A stretch of DNA of 64,000 nucleotides. It comes from Candidatus Multivorans sp. GTDB lineage: Bacteria > Acidobacteriota > Thermoanaerobaculia > Multivoradales > Multivoraceae. Positions 57,098-64,000 of the stretch are shown in pieces; positions within the stretch are counted from its first letter, which is position 1; the number at the start of each line of letters is the position of its first letter. The notes under the pieces are model-generated. The model was not told where the DNA came from, did not search any database, and saw nothing but the letters and a program-made list of their open reading frames with translations. The stretch spans positions 2,784,001 through 2,848,000 of the forward strand of contig OZ251997.1 of assembly GCA_965247095.1 (NCBI GenBank). Reading direction: 5' to 3'. The translations under genes and the position numbers were made by a program.

Positions 57098-59944
57098 CTA
57101 CTCGACCGTCACCCAGATCGGCGACGACCAGGCGATCTCCCGATTCTTCTGGATCACCCGCACATAGTAGTAGTGCTCGCCGGGCTCGACGTCGCTGTCG
57201 ACGAAGGTCAGGCTGACCTCCTGTTCGAGGTTCTGGCGGTTGTAGAGGAAGGTCTGGTCGCGGATGATGTCGATCTGCTCGATGCGGGCGGTGCCGATCA
57301 CGTTGACCACAAGCTCGAAGCGGCCCGAAACCTCGGCGATGTCGCCCTGCAGGTACTCGCGACCGTTCGCGCGCATCCGGTAGTCGAGGACGATGTTGTC
57401 GGTCGCTGCATAGGAGTGGCGCTTCTTCATCGCGTCCAGGAGGCCCCCGGCGGTGAAGTCCTCGGCGATCGTGGCGGCGTAGGAGATGTGGGTCGAGATG
57501 TGGTCCGACGCGGCCTGCACGCCGAGCTTGTAGCCCTTGGCCCATGCGTTCCAGACGAACCCGGCGGGCTCGAAGCCGCCCTGCTGGCCGATCGGTTTCT
57601 CCGCGGTCGCGGCGCGGGGAGCGCCCTCGTACTCGGCCGACGTGCGGTCGCCCTGGTAGATCTCGACCAGCGGTTCGACGTCGGGATCGTTGTCGCGCCA
57701 GTCGGTGCCCATGCCGGTGGCCGAGGTGTGGGGGATCGAGATCGCGTCGTGCTCCCGGAGGTAAGCGAACAGCCTCGCCGCACCTTCTTCGTGTTCTTGC
57801 TCCGCCTCGGTGATCGGCAGGGTCGGGATGCCGCGCTTGGCCGAGAGGATGTTGCGGTGGCCGTCCGGATAGCTGATGCTGCGCTCGTAGGTGTAGACGG
57901 GCACGAAGCTCCCCGGCAGACGGAAGATGTCGGCGATCTGCGGGTGTAGCCAGTTCACGTATTCGATGTCCTGGCCGCCCAGGTTGTTGTGCTCGCTGAC
58001 GCCCAGGAAGTCGAGTTCGGCGGCGTCGAGGGCGTAGCGGTAAGCCTCCATCAACGAACCGTCGTTCAGACCGTCGTGCGAGAACTCCGTGTGGCGGTGG
58101 GTGTCGCCGCGGTAGATGCGGTAGGTGCGGCCTTCCGATTCGATCGTGTAGGCGCGGATGCGGGCCACGTCTTCGGCCTCGTTGGGGTGGACCGGGTAGG
58201 TGTGGTATTCGCGCACGTCCGGGTCGACGAGCCGCGGCGGCGTGGCCTCGCCGGTCAGCGCGGGGAGCTTCGCCGCGTTGATCGAGGAGTGGTCGAACAG
58301 GTACTCCTCGGAGTCCCGGTTGTCCGTCGGCCAAGCCGCGAACAGGTTGCCCCGGCCGTCCGAGGCCAGCTCCCAGCGCACGTCCTGGCGGCCGCGACTG
58401 AACGGCAAGTGGAGCGGCCGCGTCCATGCGCCGCCGACGTAGGCGGTGCCGTGGAGCTGCCAGACCGCGCGGTGGGCCGGCGTGAAGTCCGGCGTGTCGC
58501 GCGCCCGGATCGTGCGGTGGCGGAAGAACAGCCACATCCGGCCGTCGGCGTCGGTCTGGAGCACGGGCAGGTCGTTGAAGCCCGTGATGTACTCGGGGAG
58601 TTCCTGTTCGAGCAGCTCGTTCACGTCGGCTGCGGGAACCTGCCAGCGGACGCCGTCCCACACCGCGACCGCCAGGGAGCGCCACTCGTAGATACGGGTG
58701 GCTTCCTTGTAGATCTCGAAGCCCGAGTCCTTGCCCCACTGGAAGCCGCTCTCGTTCCAGGCCGCCCAGAGTCGGTTCTGCCGATCGCAGGCGATCGAGA
58801 CGTGGGCCTCGAACTTCGGCGTGTCGGCGACCGGGGCCGTGTCGCCCCAGCGCTCGCCGGAGAAGCGGCGCAGCAGGATGTCGTAGTTGCCCTGGTCGTA
58901 GGTGTCCCAGGCGACGTAGACGGAACCGTCACCGCAGGCCGCGACAGCCGGCGTCCAGTCGTTGGCGGGCGAGGCCGAGACCGTCTCCTCGGCCGACCAG
59001 CCCGAGCCGTCGTGGCGCCGGGCGAGGATGTCGGAGCGGCCGTCGCGGAAGCCCTGCCACACGAGCCACAGATTGCCGCTCGAGTCCGTGACGAGCTCGT
59101 GTTCGATATCCGCCTGGGGCGCGGAGGTCAGGCGCTCGGTTGCCGACCAGTCGCCGGTGTCCGCGTCCTCGAGATAGCGGCCGTAGAGGTCGAAGTTGGC
59201 GTCGACCTGCTCGGACCAGACCAACCAGGGCCTACCCTGGCCGTCGCGGCCCAGTTTCGGCATCAGCCGGTCGCCCGGCTCGTCGGTCACGGGGACCGCC
59301 GGCTGCCAGGTCGAGCCGTCGAAGCGGCGCGCCATGATCGAGACGCCGCCGTCCCGGTAGGCGGTCCAGGCGGCCCAGACCTCACCGTTCTCGCCGCTTG
59401 CCAAGGTCGCGAAGTCGTTCTCGTCGTCCGGCGACGACAGCGGCTCGGCCGGCGCGACCCGGTCGGCCAGCACAGCGCCGTCGAGGAAGGAGAGCTCCTC
59501 GTCAACGTCGAGGTCCGCCGGCCGCAAGTCGAAGTCGCCCCGCGGCGTCGTGAACGCAAGCCGCGTCCCACCGCCGCCCGCCACGTCGACGACGATGCCG
59601 GGCTGATGCAGGTAGGTCACCGTTCCCAGCGGGTCCTCCCACTGGTACACCCGCCGCGGGTAGTTCATGCCCTCCCGCGTCGCCATCGTCCAGGCGAGAC
59701 CGTCGACCGTCTCGGTCGGATGCACACTCCAGTTGCGGACGGCCAGCACCTCGCCGCCCGTGGCCTCGACCGAACCATCCCACGTCTGCGTTTCCGTGTC
59801 CGTGATGCCGAACCGGACTCTGACCGAGACGACGTCGTCGCCCGCAAGCGGCGGAATCGCCTGTGCGGTGAGGGAACCTGCCGCGAGGACCAGGGCAGGA
59901 AGGCAGCAGAGAGCGGCGGCGCGCAGGACGAATTGTCGAGCCAT
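57098..59944 (-). CDS. Exported beta-propeller + DUF3604/PHP-fold metallohydrolase (paralog B2)
   Basis: Signal peptide; RGDTHRHTE, SEHN, GHRN, IPHTSATGMGTDWRDND, ASDH; ends AWSSPIWV. Confidence 0.75.
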   Translation of the reverse strand: MARQFVLRAAALCCLPALVLAAGSLTAQAIPPLAGDDVVSVRVRFGITDTETQTWDGSVEATGGEVLAVRNWSVHPTETVDGLAWTMATREGMNYPRRVYQWEDPLGTVTYLHQPGIVVDVAGGGGTRLAFTTPRGDFDLRPADLDVDEELSFLDGAVLADRVAPAEPLSSPDDENDFATLASGENGEVWAAWTAYRDGGVSIMARRFDGSTWQPAVPVTDEPGDRLMPKLGRDGQGRPWLVWSEQVDANFDLYGRYLEDADTGDWSATERLTSAPQADIEHELVTDSSGNLWLVWQGFRDGRSDILARRHDGSGWSAEETVSASPANDWTPAVAACGDGSVYVAWDTYDQGNYDILLRRFSGERWGDTAPVADTPKFEAHVSIACDRQNRLWAAWNESGFQWGKDSGFEIYKEATRIYEWRSLAVAVWDGVRWQVPAADVNELLEQELPEYITGFNDLPVLQTDADGRMWLFFRHRTIRARDTPDFTPAHRAVWQLHGTAYVGGAWTRPLHLPFSRGRQDVRWELASDGRGNLFAAWPTDNRDSEEYLFDHSSINAAKLPALTGEATPPRLVDPDVREYHTYPVHPNEAEDVARIRAYTIESEGRTYRIYRGDTHRHTEFSHDGLNDGSLMEAYRYALDAAELDFLGVSEHNNLGGQDIEYVNWLHPQIADIFRLPGSFVPVYTYERSISYPDGHRNILSAKRGIPTLPITEAEQEHEEGAARLFAYLREHDAISIPHTSATGMGTDWRDNDPDVEPLVEIYQGDRTSAEYEGAPRAATAEKPIGQQGGFEPAGFVWNAWAKGYKLGVQAASDHISTHISYAATIAEDFTAGGLLDAMKKRHSYAATDNIVLDYRMRANGREYLQGDIAEVSGRFELVVNVIGTARIEQIDIIRDQTFLYNRQNLEQEVSLTFVDSDVEPGEHYYYVRVIQKNREIAWSSPIWVTVE

Positions 59945-60061
59945 GGCTCCTCCAAACGAGGCGAACAGGAACGGGGTGAGCGGTTCATCCTAGCCCCTGC
60001 ATCTCTTGGCACGCGGGTACAGTGTGATTCAGTCACGCTGCCCTGGAAGGAGCACCCGACC

Positions 60062-60298
60062 ATGTCCAACGTGGTAAGGAAGACAATCTCTCTGCCGCCG
60101 GATCTTGCCCGCGCCGCCGAACAGATCGCGGAAGCGGAGGGGAAGACCCTGAGCGCCGTTGTTCAAGAGGCACTTCGAAAGGCCTGCGCCCACTACTTCG
60201 AAGCGGAGCTTGAAGCGCTGCAGGGCTACTGGAGTCGCCGAGCGCAGGAGGGAGGTGTACTGACGGAGGAAGATCTTGATCAGTGTCTCCAAGAGTGA
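60062..60298 (+). CDS. Ribbon-helix-helix (CopG-like) antitoxin
   Basis: AAGGAG RBS; MSNVVRKTISLPPDLARAAEQIAEAEGKTLSAVVQEALR; it is the tail of shadow ORF 57989-60298. Confidence 0.82.
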   Translation: MSNVVRKTISLPPDLARAAEQIAEAEGKTLSAVVQEALRKACAHYFEAELEALQGYWSRRAQEGGVLTEEDLDQCLQE

Positions 60299-60356
60299 GG
60301 GTCGTCTTCGTGTCCCTCGGCGAGTATCTGCGCTGATCTTGGCGGCGCTACACTGA
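60295..60356 (+). pseudogene. Eroded PIN-toxin 5' remnant
   Basis: GTGA overlap with the RHH gene; MRVVF then frameshifted VSALI, compared with the family N-terminus MRVVFDTNVLVSALI. Confidence 0.6.
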
Positions 60357-60385
60357 TTCATTCATTTGCTCGAGGGAGGTTCGCC

Positions 60386-62329
60386 GTGCGCCGAATAGTC
60401 GTTTTGATCCTGAGCCTGACCGTACTTCTGTTCCTCGGTTGCGCCGCCGGCGACTCCGACTCATCCGACCCCTCCGCGGCCGCTGCCGGCGCGTCCGCTG
60501 CCGCCGGACCGCCCGCGGACCGCCAGGCCTTCTTCGGCGACCTGCACGTCCACACGCGCTACTCCTACGACGCCTTCGTGTTCGCCACCCGCGCCGGTCC
60601 CGACGAGGCCTACGAGTTCGCCAAGGGGAACCCGATCCAGCACCCCGCCGGCTTCGATCTCCAGCTCGACCGGCCGCTGGACTTCCAGGGCGTCGCGGAC
60701 CATGCGAACTACCTCGGGATGCTGCCGGCGATGATGGACCCCGGCTCTCCGGCCTACAACCACCCGGCGGCCGAAACCGTGCGCACCGCGCAGACCGTGA
60801 CCGAGCGGCGGGGCATCTTCCGCGCCATGCAGCCCTACGTGCGTTACATGGAGGACGCCGATCCGAGCATTCGCGAGCACCTCAACAAGGATGTCGTGCG
60901 TTCCGCCTGGAGCGAGATCGCGGCCTCGGCGAACCGCCACTACGAGCCCGGCGTGTTCACGACCTTCATCGCCTACGAGTACACGTCCGCCGGCGCCGGA
61001 GGCATCTACGAGAACCTGCACCGCAACGTCGTCTTCCGCGGCGCCGAGGCGCCCGACATCCCCTTCTCACGGCTCGACTCCTACAACCCGGAGGACCTGT
61101 GGGCCCGGATGGACGAGTGGCGCGCCGACGGCTTCGAGGCGATCGCGATCCCCCACAACACGAACGGCTCCGGCGGACGCATGTTCGAGTACGAGTACTT
61201 CGAGGGCGGCGCCATCGATCAGGCCTACTCGGATCTCCGCAGCCGCAACGAGCCCGTCGTCGAAATCACCCAGACCAAGGGAACCTCGGAGACCCACCCC
61301 GCGCTGTCGCCGAACGACGAATGGGCTGGTTTCGAGATCATGCCCTACCGGGTCTCGACCAGCATTGCGAGCGAGCCGCCGGGCAGCTACGTGCGCGACG
61401 CCTTCCGCCGCGGCCTCACGATCGAGGCCGGCGGCGTGTCGAACCCGTACAAGGTCGGCGTGATCGGCTCGTCCGACACTCACGTCGCCGCCGGCGCCTT
61501 CGACGAGGAGACCTACTGGGGCGCCTCGGGCCTCATGCAGCAGACCGCCGAGCAGCGCGGCTCGGTGCCCAGCGAGCCCGCCGGGGCGGGAGCGAGCTTG
61601 CAGGAGCCCAGCGCCGCCGCGCAGCCGGTCGACGACGGCACTGGCCGCATCTACCCCTTCACGACGGCGATCACCAACGGCGCCTCGGGCCTCGCCGCTG
61701 TCTGGGCCAACGAGAACACCCGCGAGTCGATCTTCGACGCCATGCGCCGCAAGGAGACCTTTGGCACCAGCGGTACCCGGATCCAGGTCCGTTTCTTCGG
61801 TGGCGCCGCACTCTCGGGCCTCGATCTCGACGACCCGGACCTCGTCGCGGCCGCGTACGAGGCTGGCGTCGCGATGGGCGGCGACCTCACCGATGAGAGC
61901 GGTGGCGAAGCACCGAGCTTCCTCGTTTGGGCGATGCAGGACACCATGGCGGCACCGCTACAGCGCGTCCAGATCGTCAAGGGCTGGGAATCAGACGGCG
62001 AGACAGCCGAACAGGTCTACGACGTCGCCTGCTCCGACGGCCTCGAGGTCGACCCGGCCACTCACCGTTGCCCCGACAACGGCGCCACCGTCGATCTCAC
62101 CGACTGCTCAATCAGCACCGATGTCGGCGCCGGCGAACTCAAGACCCTCTGGACAGACCCCGACTTCGACCCGGGCCAGCGCGCCTTCTACTACGCCCGG
62201 GTCCTCGAGAACCCCACCTGCCGCTGGTCGTCCTGGGATGCGATCCGAGCCGGTACAACTCCCCGCCAGGACTTCCCGGCAATCATCCAGGAACGCGCCT
62301 GGTCGTCGCCGATCTGGTACACGCCGTAG
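60386..62329 (+). CDS. Canonical DUF3604 lipoprotein (paralog C)
   Basis: FLGC lipobox; FFGDLHVHTRYSYDA, NLHRNV, IPHN, QTKGTSETHP, SSDTH, IQERAWSSPIWY. Confidence 0.9.
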   Translation: MRRIVVLILSLTVLLFLGCAAGDSDSSDPSAAAAGASAAAGPPADRQAFFGDLHVHTRYSYDAFVFATRAGPDEAYEFAKGNPIQHPAGFDLQLDRPLDFQGVADHANYLGMLPAMMDPGSPAYNHPAAETVRTAQTVTERRGIFRAMQPYVRYMEDADPSIREHLNKDVVRSAWSEIAASANRHYEPGVFTTFIAYEYTSAGAGGIYENLHRNVVFRGAEAPDIPFSRLDSYNPEDLWARMDEWRADGFEAIAIPHNTNGSGGRMFEYEYFEGGAIDQAYSDLRSRNEPVVEITQTKGTSETHPALSPNDEWAGFEIMPYRVSTSIASEPPGSYVRDAFRRGLTIEAGGVSNPYKVGVIGSSDTHVAAGAFDEETYWGASGLMQQTAEQRGSVPSEPAGAGASLQEPSAAAQPVDDGTGRIYPFTTAITNGASGLAAVWANENTRESIFDAMRRKETFGTSGTRIQVRFFGGAALSGLDLDDPDLVAAAYEAGVAMGGDLTDESGGEAPSFLVWAMQDTMAAPLQRVQIVKGWESDGETAEQVYDVACSDGLEVDPATHRCPDNGATVDLTDCSISTDVGAGELKTLWTDPDFDPGQRAFYYARVLENPTCRWSSWDAIRAGTTPRQDFPAIIQERAWSSPIWYTP

Positions 62330-62442
62330 CTAGGGCACGCCCGCTGCGGCACTCGACCGCCCGCTGAGACAAGAGCCGCGATAGGCTGCGCGCCGGGTAC
62401 CGACTAACGACCGCCAAAGTGCCCCGGGCCCAGAGCGACGAC

Positions 62443-63315
62443 ATGATCCACCGTCTTCCCACCGTCCGCAGTGACTGCGGGGGCTTTGAGCATCTCGGCC
62501 ATCTAGCCGCTGCGACAAGCGACCTCTTCGCGGAGAAGTTGACCCTGGATATGTCCCGCGTGAGGTTCTTCGATGCGAACATGGCCGCCCCGTTGGGCGC
62601 GATACTCTCTCGCGTTGCGGACAATCTCAACCACGTGGAAGTCGTGGCCATGCGAGATGATGTCGGGCGAATCCTCCGCAAGAATGGGTTTCTCACGCAC
62701 TACTGGTACGAATCCCTAGAAGACAGTTTCTGCACCACGATGCCTTTCCGGCGTTTTCGTCTGCTCGACGAAGGCGCCTTCGAGGACTACGTGCATCGAC
62801 AACTCCGCGACAAGGGAATGCCCATGATGACCGGCGCTGCTAGTAGGGTCTTCAGGCAGAAAGTATTTGAGGTCTATCAGAATGCGGTCATCCACTCCGA
62901 ATCGGATATCGGCGTCTTCGCATGTGGTCAGTTCTTCCCTAACAGGAACCGGCTCGACTTCACGGTAGCCGACGGGGGGATGGGGATTCGTGACTCCGTC
63001 CGGCGCTACTTCGGGCAGCCCCGAATTGACTCTATTCCGGCTCTCGAGTGGGCTCTGAAGCCGAATCACACGACGAAGCGTGGTCCGCAGCCAGGAGGCC
63101 TTGGACTTGGGTTCCTTCAGGAGTTTTCGAGACTCAACCGGGGCAAGATACAGATTGCGTCTCGGTTTGCGTTCTACGAGTTTACAGGAGGCCAAGAGCA
63201 CTTCCGCAAGATGTCGGCGGACTTCCCAGGAACCGCCGTCACAATCGAAGTAAACACCGCAGATGAGACGACATACTCGTTGACCAGCGAGACGGCGTCG
63301 GAAGACATATTTTGA
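62443..63315 (+). CDS. STAS-like + HATPase_c (GHKL) ATP-binding protein
   Basis: EVYQNAVIHS (N box), DGGMGI (G1), GGLGL (G2), FPGT; no H-box; alternative GTG start at 62419. Confidence 0.82.
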   Translation: MIHRLPTVRSDCGGFEHLGHLAAATSDLFAEKLTLDMSRVRFFDANMAAPLGAILSRVADNLNHVEVVAMRDDVGRILRKNGFLTHYWYESLEDSFCTTMPFRRFRLLDEGAFEDYVHRQLRDKGMPMMTGAASRVFRQKVFEVYQNAVIHSESDIGVFACGQFFPNRNRLDFTVADGGMGIRDSVRRYFGQPRIDSIPALEWALKPNHTTKRGPQPGGLGLGFLQEFSRLNRGKIQIASRFAFYEFTGGQEHFRKMSADFPGTAVTIEVNTADETTYSLTSETASEDIF

Positions 63316-63337
63316 GCTTGAGAGGCGAGGTGACGAG

Positions 63338-63703
63338 ATGAATGCACCAGTGGTCGTTCGCGTCTACGACATCATAGGAGGGCCGCTCTGCGTGTCCGCC
63401 GAAGATGGTCAACGGCTGTACGACAAGATAGCACCCCTGCTGGAGACCGGGAGGCCCGTGATTCTCTCATTCAAGAGAGTAGAGACGATGATCTCTGCTT
63501 TCTTGAACGCTGCGGTGGGTCAGCTCTATCAGGGTTTTCCGGAGGAGAGGATCAGAGAGCTTCTTCAGGTGGAGGACATGGATTCCGATGATAGGGAGGT
63601 GCTTAGGCGCGTGGTCCGGAATGCGAAGCTCTACTTCGAGAACGCGGAGGACTTCGATCGGGCATGGGAGGAGGAGTTGGCGGATGCCGGGGACGAGGAA
63701 TAG
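63338..63703 (+). CDS. STAS-like domain protein (DUF4325 type)
   Basis: CVSAEDGQRLYDKI..VILSFKRVETMISAFLNAAVGQLY; GAGG RBS. Confidence 0.85.
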   Translation: MNAPVVVRVYDIIGGPLCVSAEDGQRLYDKIAPLLETGRPVILSFKRVETMISAFLNAAVGQLYQGFPEERIRELLQVEDMDSDDREVLRRVVRNAKLYFENAEDFDRAWEEELADAGDEE

Positions 63704-64000
63704 AGCTCACGACGTATCGCAGTACACGTTCTCTGGAGGCGAGGTCATACTTATCGACGCAAACGTCTGGCTTCATCTGTACCCCGCCCCGTCGGATAGA
63801 CGACGGCAGTATGTGGTTGAGTACAGTCGGGCACTGAAGTCGATGCTGTCGGCAGGCGTAGAGGTGGTGATGGACCCTATTGTCTTGGGAGAGTACTTGA
63901 GGGCTTATTGCGGAATAGAGTGGCGAGCTCTTCATCGGCAAAGACACCCGAACTTCAAGAAGTTCCGGAACTCGACGGACTTCTCGACCGTTGGTGGGCA
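63684..64000 (+). CDS. PIN-domain protein (partial, runs off the window)
   Basis: Open frame from ATG 63684: EVILIDANVWLHLY..PIVLGEYL..FKKFRNS; GGAGGAG RBS; not in the ORF track. Confidence 0.8.
   Translation, partial: MPGTRNRAHDVSQYTFSGGEVILIDANVWLHLYPAPSDRRRQYVVEYSRALKSMLSAGVEVVMDPIVLGEYLRAYCGIEWRALHRQRHPNFKKFRNSTDFSTVGG

Noticed and set aside
57989-60061. N-terminal 691 codons of the 769-aa ORF 57989-60298
   Set aside because: Mostly antisense to the B2 hydrolase; only the final RHH part from ATG 60062 has an RBS and a family signature.
62443-63315. Two-component sensor histidine kinase
   Set aside because: No H-box/DHp, TM sensor or response regulator; the neighbour is a STAS-like protein.

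Overview
High-GC, Gram-negative-type bacterial chromosome segment (TonB-dependent receptor, lipoproteins, Tat substrates; Acidobacteriota-like is only a guess from gene content). No rRNA, tRNA, CRISPR array or intact transposase/integrase seen. Positions 1-31 kb are a lipid/steroid-type catabolic region: thiolase, HMGS-like/DUF35 fusion, SDR, three acyl-CoA ligases, acyl-CoA dehydrogenase, enoyl-CoA hydratase, three MaoC hydratases, MFS, two sulfatases and a TBDR, interleaved with exported PHP-fold DUF3604-type metallohydrolases (six paralogs in the window). Positions 31-37 kb hold a TetR/FG-GAP module with twin palindromic operators and scars of a duplication resolved by reciprocal deletion. 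Positions 40.5-44.5 kb are a decayed type I R-M locus (orphan hsdM) with two hicAB copies, a motif-less HEPN/MNT pair and other remnants. Positions 44.5-57 kb are a tightly packed minus-strand run: a NiCoT-like permease, a P1B metal ATPase fused to an HflK/SPFH domain, hflC-like, hflK-like and a small anchored protein (best candidate for an uncharacterised system), then DUF1214, sulfotransferase, SDR, SRPBCC and a heme-c propeller lipoprotein. The window ends in a lower-GC HATPase-STAS-PIN triad, a candidate partner-switch-controlled toxin/defence system. Family assignments come from motif recognition by eye; no searches were run.
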